Source: Candidatus Paracaedibacteraceae bacterium (lineage in GTDB: Bacteria > Pseudomonadota > Alphaproteobacteria > Paracaedibacterales > CAIOTO01). From it: a DNA stretch of 64,000 nt. This document shows, one piece after another, positions 49,814-58,849 of this stretch. Below the pieces are notes generated by a model. That model had not been told where the DNA came from and did no database searches. It saw nothing but the letters and a program-made list of their open reading frames with translations. Made by a program: the position numbers and the translations under genes. The DNA lies in assembly GCA_030694965.1 (NCBI GenBank), contig JAUYTZ010000009.1, positions 66,427 through 130,426 of the forward strand, read 5' to 3'. How positions within the stretch are numbered: the first letter of the stretch is position 1; every line of letters starts with the position of its first letter.

Positions 49814-52012
49814 ATGTTTCTTAAAAAATGCACCATTTCAGTCGTTGTTTTTGAATTTGTATTTGTGATAAATGCAACTGCAACTGTATCTACTCCTTCA
49901 GTGGTGCCAGCAACAACTGTTCCTGTTGTTCCTATTGTTGTAACTAGTCCTTCTTACACAACACCGGTAATTTCACCTTATACAGCACCGCCGTCTCCTC
50001 CTATAAATTATTTAGCTCCACTTTCAACAAATTTGCCTGCAACGAACTATATTTCACCTGCTCAATCAATTGCGTTTAAATCTCAATCAATAGTTTCTCA
50101 GCCTAGCAATGCGTATGTAGCAAGTGCCTCGCAGTCACAAAATGAAAACTTTTCCTCAAATGTCGTAAATACTAATCCTGTAGTAGTAGCGAGTAGTATT
50201 CAAAGTGATGTAGCACAGAGGAGAAAAGCGCAACTTAAAGAGCTAATGATTGAATCTGTAGAGCTTGCTAAAGAAAAAGAGTGCATTGAAATTGAGCTTC
50301 AAAAGCAACTTAGAAATCAGCTAGAAGCACAAAAAAAGGTTTCTGTGTTACGAGAAAAAACAATCTCAGAAATGCAAAATCAACTTTTTATGGAAGCCAT
50401 TCGCGAAAAAACAGAAGAAGAAGAATTAAAATCTAAAATAAATTCCTATATGAATTTGCTAAATGCAAATAAAACAGCACAACAGCAGAGCCCAGTGAAT
50501 AGCATATTAGGGGCGTCTGGTTTTGAAAATAGTCAAAATACCTCACAACAGGTAAGTGGATCGCACCTGCAAAATAATACGTATCCACAAAATACAGCGT
50601 CAAAAGTAGCAATAAAATCAGTTGAGACAACAAACTCAGTGAATGTTCAGAGTAGTTCATTTTCGAAAATTAAGCCAGTTGGAATAGCTCAGCAATCACA
50701 AAATAGTATGTACTTGCAAAGCAATGGCATATATTCACAAAATGGTGTAGCTCAACCAAATAATAGTGTGTATCAGCAAAATAGCATGGCTCAACCAAAT
50801 AATAATGTGTACCTGCAAAATGGTGGGGCTCATTCAAGCAGCAATACGTATTCGCAAAACAGCATTATTCAACCAAGAAACACTATGTATTCACCAAATA
50901 ATGTTACTCAACAAAACAATGGTGCATATCCACAAAATAGCCTGGTGCAACAAAACAATGGCGCGTATCCACAAAATAGCATGGCTCAATCAAATAATAA
51001 TGTGTATCCGAAAAATGGTATGACTCAACAAAACAATGGTGCATATCCACAAAATAGCATGGCTCAACCAAATAATAATGTGTACCCGCAAAATGGTGTA
51101 GCTCATTCAAGCAGCAATACGTATTCGCAAAACAGCATGATTCAACCAAGAAACACTATGTATTCACCAAATAGTGCTACTCAACAAAACAATGGTGCAT
51201 ATCCACAAAATAGCCTGGTGCAACAAAACAATGGCGCGTATCCACAAAATAGCATGGCTCAACCAAATAATAATGTGTACCCGCAAAATGGTGTAGCTCA
51301 TTCAAGCAGCAATACGTATTCGCAAAACAGTATGATTCAACCAAGCAACCCTATGTATTCGCCAAATAGTGCGGCTCAGCAAGATAATAGCATGTACTCG
51401 CAAAATAGTGTGGTTTTACAAAGCAATATAATTCCGCAAAACAATCTGAACAATATGATGGGAATGTCTGGTGCATCGTTGAATCAGAGTGCCATGTTAC
51501 AGCCAGCTAACGATCAGTTTAACAATAGTATGAGTGGTGCGCAACATCCATTCCAAAATACTCTGTATCTACAGCAATCAGCAATGGCATACCCTGCCGG
51601 GGCGCAACAAAATGGCATATATCCACAGCCACAGTATGCAGGGATGTATCTGCCACAACCTAATAATATCATGTACCCGCAGCAACAAACTAATGTAAAT
51701 GGAATGTACCCACCACAGTCACAAATGGGTGGAATGATAGGAATGTTAGCGGGGCAAAAACCAATGGCGCCTCAACCAGGGATGGTTGGATCTTATTATG
51801 GGCAACAACCAGGGATTTACCCACCACAATCACAAATGGGTGGAATGATAGGAATGTTAGCGGGGCAAAAACCAATGGTGCCTCAACCAGGGATGGTTGG
51901 ATCTTATTATGGGCAACAACCAGGAATGTATTCACAACCAAATGCTATGGGGATGATGCCTGCTGTAAATTCAATTAAGGGTCTTATGAGCATGTTTGGC
52001 AAAAAGCGTTAA
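49814..52012 (+). CDS. large secreted Q/N-rich tandem-repeat protein
   Basis: Hydrophobic N-terminus, Pro/Thr/Val-rich spacer, coiled coil (residues about 135-215), then a nested QQNNGAYPQNS-type repeat array and a Met/Gly/Pro/Gln-rich C-terminus. Confidence 0.7.
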   Translation: MFLKKCTISVVVFEFVFVINATATVSTPSVVPATTVPVVPIVVTSPSYTTPVISPYTAPPSPPINYLAPLSTNLPATNYISPAQSIAFKSQSIVSQPSNAYVASASQSQNENFSSNVVNTNPVVVASSIQSDVAQRRKAQLKELMIESVELAKEKECIEIELQKQLRNQLEAQKKVSVLREKTISEMQNQLFMEAIREKTEEEELKSKINSYMNLLNANKTAQQQSPVNSILGASGFENSQNTSQQVSGSHLQNNTYPQNTASKVAIKSVETTNSVNVQSSSFSKIKPVGIAQQSQNSMYLQSNGIYSQNGVAQPNNSVYQQNSMAQPNNNVYLQNGGAHSSSNTYSQNSIIQPRNTMYSPNNVTQQNNGAYPQNSLVQQNNGAYPQNSMAQSNNNVYPKNGMTQQNNGAYPQNSMAQPNNNVYPQNGVAHSSSNTYSQNSMIQPRNTMYSPNSATQQNNGAYPQNSLVQQNNGAYPQNSMAQPNNNVYPQNGVAHSSSNTYSQNSMIQPSNPMYSPNSAAQQDNSMYSQNSVVLQSNIIPQNNLNNMMGMSGASLNQSAMLQPANDQFNNSMSGAQHPFQNTLYLQQSAMAYPAGAQQNGIYPQPQYAGMYLPQPNNIMYPQQQTNVNGMYPPQSQMGGMIGMLAGQKPMAPQPGMVGSYYGQQPGIYPPQSQMGGMIGMLAGQKPMVPQPGMVGSYYGQQPGMYSQPNAMGMMPAVNSIKGLMSMFGKKR
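50737..51420 (+). repeat. in-frame nested tandem repeats (273-nt then 195-nt units built from roughly 39-nt subrepeats)
   Basis: CACTATGTATTCACCAAATA recurs at 50881 and 51154, with a diverged copy at about 51350. Confidence 0.85.
51707..51928 (+). repeat. 2 x 111-nt in-frame tandem repeat
   Basis: TACCCACCACA recurs at 51707 and 51818. It encodes YPPQSQMGGMIGMLAGQKPM(A/V)PQPGMVGSYYGQQPG twice. Confidence 0.9.
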
Positions 52013-52136
52013 CAATCATGTATTTGCTAATCCTTAGTTGAATTATTTGAAAGTTTTAAGCAAAAAGTTCTTGACGCAACGTTCAATATTTTATATAACT
52101 ATAAAGGTTGATTCAGTGCAAATTGAATAAAAACAA

Positions 52137-52212
52137 GGGCCCTTAGCTCAGTTGGTAGAGCATCTGACTTTTAATCAGGTGGTCGAAGGTTCGAATCCTT
52201 CAGGGCCCACCA
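52137..52212 (+). tRNA. tRNA-Lys (anticodon UUU), CCA encoded
   Basis: Manual cloverleaf: acceptor GGGCCCT/AGGGCCC, D arm GCTC-AGTTGGTA-GAGC, anticodon loop CTTTTAA (TTT at 52170-52172), T arm GAAGG-TTCGAAT-CCTTC, discriminator A, CCA. Confidence 0.95.
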
Positions 52213-52784
52213 ATTATTCTGTGTTTAAGGCAGATTTTCCATAAATAAAAATTTTAAAATAAGCTAAAACCCAGCACTTTCTAGATGTCAAATTTTATTG
52301 TACTTTTTAGAAAAAATAACAATAAAATTTTAAATGTGACTTGTGTATACCGTTGTAGCCTGTATGTGACTTACTAAATAAAAAAATCACATGCGCTAAT
52401 ATTGAAACATGCGTTAGATTCAGCCAAATTAAGCTATATGAAATAGTCATATAAATGCAATTAATAAGCTATAGATTAGTTTGAAGTGGCTATAAATGCT
52501 ATATTAGCATGGCAGCGGCTCTTTCATAAAGGCCCAAGACGCCTAGCGTCATTAGGTTATTTATGGTTTTTTTCTAATAGAGTCTTAGCAAAAAAACTTT
52601 TTTGTATGATGGGCTTAATGTATGGAAAGCAAGAAGATCTTTATAAAAAACTTTCTTTACTATTTTAGCGTATACATTATTGCTTGGAAATAAGAAAGTA
52701 GAATGTTTAGTATGATTTTAACTTTTTGTTAGAATGCAATTGATTTATAAGTAAAATATATAAATTTATAAGAAATAAAACATA

Positions 52785-53105
52785 ATGGGTTATTTTAGTA
52801 TTTTCAAGAACAAAAATAAATTAGATCGTCAAAATCAAATTCTTCTCCTTGAAAATATTAAAGGAGAATACGATAAACTATTTTTAATTAATCAAAAATT
52901 ACACTTGTTACATAGCAATGAAAAAATAGATACTGGTGTTTGTGAATTTTCTATTGAAAGCATTTTAAAGCAAATTACTATCTATATTGATAAATATAAT
53001 CTTGATGAAGATGTTATTGATTCACTTCTTGAAATTGGAGATATTACTACTTATTACATACATGGTTCATTTGAAAGTTTTAAGTCTCTTAAGTTTAAAT
53101 TTTAA
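52785..53105 (+). CDS. hypothetical protein
   Basis: 106-aa ORF in a very AT-rich region; no motif recognised. Confidence 0.3.
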   Translation: MGYFSIFKNKNKLDRQNQILLLENIKGEYDKLFLINQKLHLLHSNEKIDTGVCEFSIESILKQITIYIDKYNLDEDVIDSLLEIGDITTYYIHGSFESFKSLKFKF

Positions 53106-54078
53106 CTTTGCTTGGTTTTGTCGTTTCAACTAAGAGTTAAAAATAGATTTTTTTGCCTTGTAAAATGTTTAACCCACAATTAGGTGCCGTGATGCTGCAT
53201 TTAAATTTGTTTTTAGAACAGTGGTTTTAACGGAATCAATTTTTCATTGCTAATTATAAGATGTGCTAGAAAATTGCTTTTGAAAAATAATTATTTAAGA
53301 GTAAAAATTACATCCGCACAAATGAGAGAGATAACCTGAATACATGTGTCACTTTATATTTTATAGCCTCCCTACCATCGCTTGGTGCAAGTAAATTAGA
53401 ATTAATTCTTTAAATAACAAGCTTAATGATTTTAATGAATAGTTGTATATTCACTGAACAACAAAAAATATTTACTAGTATAAAATTTCTCAACCTCACT
53501 TTTCTCGCTACAATTATTAGTGTTTTCCTCATTAAGAAGAGACTTAGCCATTCTATCTTGTGATTGGAGAATAATACGTTCTTTTTCTAAAAAATTATCG
53601 TCAAATTTCATTTTTTTCCTTATACATAATAAGTTACAAAATTATTTTTTATACGAAAACATTTTATACAGTATTAAATTTTTGAAATCAACGTAATTTT
53701 TATTTTTTATATAGAAAATTTTATTTTCTAATGGTTTTTTATTTGTTTAAGCGTTAGATTATTGTCTGTGAACGTTGCTGCTAATGTGGCAATTATGTAG
53801 TAATCGAGTTGCTTTGAAAAAAGTTTTAGAGGTAAGAATTGTTACTTATGAAAAAATATTATTTTAAAAATATGAAGAATTATTACTTATATTAAGTTTT
53901 TAGTTTATTAGCTTTTTTACTGCTTAATGCATAATAAACAACACTTGTTACTAACTAGTATCATCACTAATCACCCAAAGTGTTGTTCTACAGTTTATAA
54001 TATAACGGATAAAATTATAATTTTATTATATGGTATGCAAAAAGTTTGTGTAGAAGGTGTTTTTAATTAGTGTGCGTA

Positions 54079-54813
54079 TTAATCAGCCAACCCATGAGAT
54101 CTATTGGGCAAAACAACTGATTTTGCCCAATAGTTTGCTAGTGTGTTGAGCAAATTTAGAAAAACATCGTAATCATAAGGCTTACAAATATACCCTGATG
54201 CATAAGCTTTATAGCAAGAAACCATATCTTGAAAATTAATTTTATTTGTCATGATAATTACAGGAATATCACTAAGAGTTTTATCTCTCTTGATTTCTCG
54301 AAGGACATTTTCTCCATCACGTTTTGGAATACTGAGATCCAGTAAAATAATATCTGGTCGCGGAAAATTAGTCGATACAAGCCTATTTCTCAGAAAATCA
54401 ATAACAGCTTCTCCATCATGTAGTACAAATAAGTTAACATTAACTGAACATTCGGATAAAGCACGTCTTGTTAAAAATTCATCTGCAACATCATTTTCAA
54501 CAAGAAGCACATTAAGAACGCTTTCATAATCTGGAATAACTGTATCTGATGTTGTAAAGTTTAGCTTTTTTTTAAAAGTTAGAAACCCTTGAAAAAAAAA
54601 CTTTGATTCAACACCCATTATTTCTCCTAATTGATGAAGAGTAGTAGCTGATATACGAGATTGCGCTTGCTCGTATTTTTGGACTTGTTGCAGTGAAATG
54701 CCAAGTTTTTTAGCAACTTCTAATAAAGTTAATCCTAACTTTTGACGTATAAATCGTAGGCGCTTACCAATGTATATATCAAGTTCTTTTTGTTCGTCAC
54801 AGTGCTTATTCAT
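54079..54813 (-). CDS. response regulator with N-terminal XRE-type HTH and C-terminal receiver domain
   Basis: HTH_3 region IGKRLRFIRQKLGLTLLEVAKKLGISLQQVQKYEQ. Receiver features: VLLVEND, phospho-acceptor context PDIILLDLSIPKRDG, IIMTN, YICKP. Confidence 0.8.
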   Translation of the reverse strand: MNKHCDEQKELDIYIGKRLRFIRQKLGLTLLEVAKKLGISLQQVQKYEQAQSRISATTLHQLGEIMGVESKFFFQGFLTFKKKLNFTTSDTVIPDYESVLNVLLVENDVADEFLTRRALSECSVNVNLFVLHDGEAVIDFLRNRLVSTNFPRPDIILLDLSIPKRDGENVLREIKRDKTLSDIPVIIMTNKINFQDMVSCYKAYASGYICKPYDYDVFLNLLNTLANYWAKSVVLPNRSHGLAD

Positions 54814-54829
54814 TGTAGTTTCTCCTTAT

Positions 54830-55378
54830 TTAGAATTGTGTTTTGGGTAACCAAATAGTAAATTCACATCCATTCACAGGATTGGATTGAATCGTTATTG
54901 TTCCTCCATGGGCCTCTAAAATTTTTCGACAAATCAAAAGTCCTATTTCAGCTCTTTTGCAATGCACGTTTCTTTTCAAGTAATTGGCTTCTTCAAAAAT
55001 GCTTTTGTGGTATATATCTTCAACGGCAATTGCATTATCTTTAATTTTTATTTCCCACATCGTCTCTTGGTCTTCTGCTGAGATAATGATGTTTAGAGGT
55101 TCTTCTCCCTTAAACTTAAGTGCATTTCCGATAATAGTTTTAAAAAGATGATGTATTTGTTTTTGCTTAGCCATTATGATTGGCAATCGATTAATTTGCA
55201 TGAAGTCTTCAGAAATTCCTAATAAGCAAACAAACTCATCTTTGATAGATTTTAAAACTACATTTAAATTAATTTGGCTATAATCTTTTTTTATCAATAA
55301 ATATTTTGAATAATTTAAATTAAAATTAGCTGCAGTACTTTGATTCTTACATAAGAATTTTGATTCATTTTTCATCAT
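54830..55378 (-). CDS. histidine-kinase remnant: HATPase_c domain only, with no H-box/DHp or sensor domain
   Basis: N box HHLFKTIIGNALKF, degenerate G1 (KDNAIAV), G2 GLLICRKILEAHGG. The ORF begins where helix 2 of a DHp domain would end. Confidence 0.65.
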   Translation of the reverse strand: MMKNESKFLCKNQSTAANFNLNYSKYLLIKKDYSQINLNVVLKSIKDEFVCLLGISEDFMQINRLPIIMAKQKQIHHLFKTIIGNALKFKGEEPLNIIISAEDQETMWEIKIKDNAIAVEDIYHKSIFEEANYLKRNVHCKRAEIGLLICRKILEAHGGTITIQSNPVNGCEFTIWLPKTQF

Positions 55379-55396
55379 GTTATATATCCTAAAAGC

Positions 55397-56278
55397 TTAT
55401 ATTTTTTTAAAATGATTGATGACACTGTCGCTGATTTCTTTTTCAAAAAATGATGTTAATAAATGTCCCATTTTTGAAATAATTTTAAGGGTTGAATTTG
55501 GAATAATCTTTGCTGTTGTATGCGCATGTTGAATGGAAATAATTGGGTCATCACTGCCATGAATAACAAGCGTGTTATGAGTTATAAAATTGCTTTTAAA
55601 AAAAAGATTACTTTGATTTTTTGCTAAAAGGTGGTTATGTATGAAAGAAGGCGCATTATTTTCATTTATTCTTTTCTTAAGAAGGTAGGCAAACGCTTCT
55701 GCTTCTTTTTCGTTAAATGGCGCATAAGGACCGTTCAGCAGCTTTAAATGGGAGATTGCTTTTGAAAGCCACTTTGGGTCATCTACTAACATTCTGCTGA
55801 CACGTTCTAATTTTACAAAAATACCAGGTGATGATTTATGAAAAGTTTCATACTCATTTATTCTGATTTCTTCAATATCCATTGCATTATAAGTTGTCAT
55901 AAGAAGAGCAAGAGAGGATACTTTTTCAGGATTGTTAATAGCGATCATTTGAGCAAGGTATCCGCCCATTCCGCTACCAATCAGGTGAGCCTTTTCTTTT
56001 TTATAAAATTTAATAATGCATAGGACATCATTAGCCATGTCATGCAAATAATATGGAGAATGATTAAAGTTAATATGCTGTGAAAGACCTGTGTCTCTGT
56101 TATCAAAACGTACAACAAGGTAGCCTGAATTTGCTAATGTATTGCACCATGAATCACTCCAATAAATTCCCTGTTTTTCAGCACCTGAAATTAAAATAAT
56201 TAGAGGGTCAGATAAATTGCCAAAAGACTCTGTCCATAAATTTGCGCTTAAAGATTTTACGTAACAGATATTCGACAT
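55397..56278 (-). CDS. alpha/beta-hydrolase fold protein with Gly at the nucleophile position
   Basis: HLIGSGMGGYLAQ aligns to the canonical (V/I)GHSMGG elbow, so the Ser becomes Gly. The Asp (HGSDDP) and His (KMGHLL) positions are retained, but the HG oxyanion motif reads SG. Confidence 0.7.
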   Translation of the reverse strand: MSNICYVKSLSANLWTESFGNLSDPLIILISGAEKQGIYWSDSWCNTLANSGYLVVRFDNRDTGLSQHINFNHSPYYLHDMANDVLCIIKFYKKEKAHLIGSGMGGYLAQMIAINNPEKVSSLALLMTTYNAMDIEEIRINEYETFHKSSPGIFVKLERVSRMLVDDPKWLSKAISHLKLLNGPYAPFNEKEAEAFAYLLKKRINENNAPSFIHNHLLAKNQSNLFFKSNFITHNTLVIHGSDDPIISIQHAHTTAKIIPNSTLKIISKMGHLLTSFFEKEISDSVINHFKKI

Positions 56279-56926
56279 GTCTAGCCTTGAAATTTCAACT
56301 GTTTAATATATGAAACTTTTAGGTCTTTTCATAAGATGCAGCAAGCTACTAAATTTGATAGATTTCAACAGAGAATTTAAGTTAGTTAGAAATGTTACTT
56401 TTAGTCGAATTTATGTTAATAAATTATTTAATATTAATAAAGACATTTAAAAATATATTAATACATAACATATAAGAATTTTTATTTTTATTAAAAGTTA
56501 TCATATTACGTGATATCCTTTTTAAAATCTATTAGATTTGATATAGAAACGGTATGCGCAATTTCTCACTTTTTCAACTTGCGTTAAAAATATATAACTT
56601 TATCTTTCACATATTGTATGATTTTTATTCATTACATGTTTTATTCATCGAACTACGCGTTCAAAATTGCGCACAAAGAACTGGTGATGGACTATTTCCG
56701 CATGATGCGCGGGGCGTTTGGTAACTTGCTAAGGCGTCATTAGGAGCTTCAAATCTTATGTTAAATAATGTTTGGGAAAAAAAATGAATCAGCTAAATAT
56801 CCACTTTTTAGAAGATAAAGAATGTATGAGTGAGAAAATTAATAAATTTATTACAATATTATTTTTATTTACAAAAAAATTACGTTCCTTTATAAGATAT
56901 ACAATGACGCAATGTAGAGGAAAAAT

Positions 56927-57464
56927 ATGAGAAATATAGATAAAATTTGCCATAAGATCTACACTGAGTCTTTTGGTAATGAACAAACAATAGATGGCGT
57001 AAACAAATGCTTTCAAAATATATGTTTGCTTCATCAAATTAAGCGTTTTTCTATTGTACAGATTATCAATGATGAAAAGAATAAAAAGAACAAATCAAAC
57101 TTTTTTAGTTACCACACTAGTTATCCAAGCGCCTGGGTGAAAATATTTAGACGCTAAATACTATGAATACGACCCTGTTTTAAAAAATATAATAAGCATG
57201 CCTTTTCCATTTTATTGGGAAAAAGATACATTTAAAAATATGTCAGAAAAAGAAAATAATTTCTTTAACGAAGCCAAAAATTTTAATATCACAACAGGAA
57301 CAACTATTCCACTTACACCGAATAATAATAAAACTTCTTATTTAACCATACTTGATCTTGATTTAACAAATAATTTTAACCTTCTTTTTTGGCTGCGGGC
57401 TTCAGCAAATGCCTACTTTAAAAAAAAAGATGAAATAACTAATTTAAAAAATAAAGATTCTTGA
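56927..57464 (+). pseudogene. LuxR-family autoinducer-binding domain, frameshifted and lacking the HTH domain
   Basis: ORFs 56927-57157 and 57198-57464 are two frames of one paralogue of the adjacent luxR. YPSAWVK (frame 1) continues as YLDAKYYEYDPVL (frame 2) across the AAAA run at 57140-57143. The reading frame ends 13 nt before the next gene. Confidence 0.7.
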
Positions 57465-57477
57465 ACTGAGGGCTGTT

Positions 57478-58194
57478 ATGAACATTTGTGAAATAGAAAA
57501 AGATCCTATAAATTTTATTTTTGAATCTGTTTCCTTAGGAGAGCTTCAAGGAAGGTTTAAGGATATTTGCGAATATTATAATATTGAAAAATATGCTTTG
57601 GTAAAAATACTAAAAGAAGATAAAAAATCTTTAGATAATAAAAATGAATTTACATGTTACGATAATTATCCAGAAGAATGGATTAAAATGTATAATAGTA
57701 ACAAATATTACTTAAAAGACCCAGTTTTGATTGATATTAAAAATATGAGTCAAGCAACTTATTGGCACATTGAAAACTTCAAAGATGCTACTATTGAACA
57801 AAAAAGAATTTTAGACGAGTGCGCTGACTTTAATATAAAAAGGGGAACTACAATCCCCTTGCTGCCGAATAATAAATATAATAGGTTTTTAACCCTAATT
57901 GGCACTGATATTCATGATCCAAAAGTTATTTATAATTTAGCTAACGCAGCCGTTATTTATTTTGAACGTAATGAATATTTTGTGAATAAAAATAAAAGAG
58001 GTATACTTACAACAAAAGAACAAGAAATTATGGAATTAAAAGCGCTTGGATATCACAATAAACAAATTTCTGAAATCTTATCACGTAACTATGAAACAAT
58101 TGCGTTGCATTTAAAGAACATCCGCAAAAAATTTGGTGTATTCACAACAGAGCAAGCCATTGCAAAATACTACCAAGATTTTTTTAATAGTTAA
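57478..58194 (+). CDS. luxR: LuxR-family AHL-responsive transcriptional regulator
   Basis: The autoinducer-binding residues are all present (W..Y in EEWIKMY, DP in KDPVL, W in TYWHI, G in RGTTIPL). C-terminal GerE-type HTH is LTTKEQEIMELKALGYHNKQISEIL. Confidence 0.85.
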   Translation: MNICEIEKDPINFIFESVSLGELQGRFKDICEYYNIEKYALVKILKEDKKSLDNKNEFTCYDNYPEEWIKMYNSNKYYLKDPVLIDIKNMSQATYWHIENFKDATIEQKRILDECADFNIKRGTTIPLLPNNKYNRFLTLIGTDIHDPKVIYNLANAAVIYFERNEYFVNKNKRGILTTKEQEIMELKALGYHNKQISEILSRNYETIALHLKNIRKKFGVFTTEQAIAKYYQDFFNS

Positions 58195-58849
58195 GAATGT
58201 TAGTTCTAGATTTTTTTTCATTCAAATTACCTAAATTTAATCTAGATTCATACTTTAAAGATTCATTTACTCCAACCATTAGTTTATCTGATGAATAAGT
58301 CATTGGTGGGAACGCAAAGATAGATATTTTTTCTCCATGAAATAACGTTTCATTAATATCATACATGTATAAACCACTTCTTTTTGTTAATCTTTTAACT
58401 GCCGGATAAGCTAGCGTTAAATATGTTTCAACTTTTTTTGATTCAAGCCCAAATTTCATTAAACCATATAATAATAGCTTTGATATAGCTCCTTGCATTT
58501 CCGACTGATAATCCTCATCTAATGCTGTGTCCACTGCAAATCGGCTTGTTTCCCAGTAACCGGGCCTTTTAAATTCATGTATATCAGGCAGGGTATCTGC
58601 AAAATAAGTATCGAACATACACGGATGTATCATTTCAATAAAACGAATACATCCACGAACGATTCCTTTTGCATCTTTATATATTAAATAATAGGTACTA
58701 TTTTCATCGTACTCATCTTTTTCGATTTGGTTTTCATGATTAACCTTCCATTTCTTTTTTTCAAAAAAAACTTTATATCGCAGTCGATACATACTTTCAA
58801 GGTCATCACGAAATACGTCATAATTAGTCGGCTCTATTAAATGTAGCAT
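58184..58849 (-). CDS. luxI: LuxI-family acyl-homoserine-lactone synthase, copy 2
   Basis: MYRLRYKVFFEKKKWKV, EKDEYDE, GCIRFIEM and WETSRFAVD match the Autoind_synth hallmarks. The ATG at 58849 with GGGGAG 9 nt upstream is preferred over the TTG at 58855. Confidence 0.85.
   Translation of the reverse strand: MLHLIEPTNYDVFRDDLESMYRLRYKVFFEKKKWKVNHENQIEKDEYDENSTYYLIYKDAKGIVRGCIRFIEMIHPCMFDTYFADTLPDIHEFKRPGYWETSRFAVDTALDEDYQSEMQGAISKLLLYGLMKFGLESKKVETYLTLAYPAVKRLTKRSGLYMYDINETLFHGEKISIFAFPPMTYSSDKLMVGVNESLKYESRLNLGNLNEKKSRTNILNY

Noticed and set aside
50737-51928. Regularly spaced DNA repeats, considered as a CRISPR-like array
   Set aside because: The repeats are contiguous, in-frame and translated as Q/N-rich peptide repeats within one long ORF. 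There are no unique spacers and no cas genes.
56789-57037. 82-aa minus-strand ORF overlapping the start of the luxR remnant
   Set aside because: It has a hydrophobic, low-complexity AT-driven composition and overlaps a frame with clear LuxR homology. It is judged spurious.
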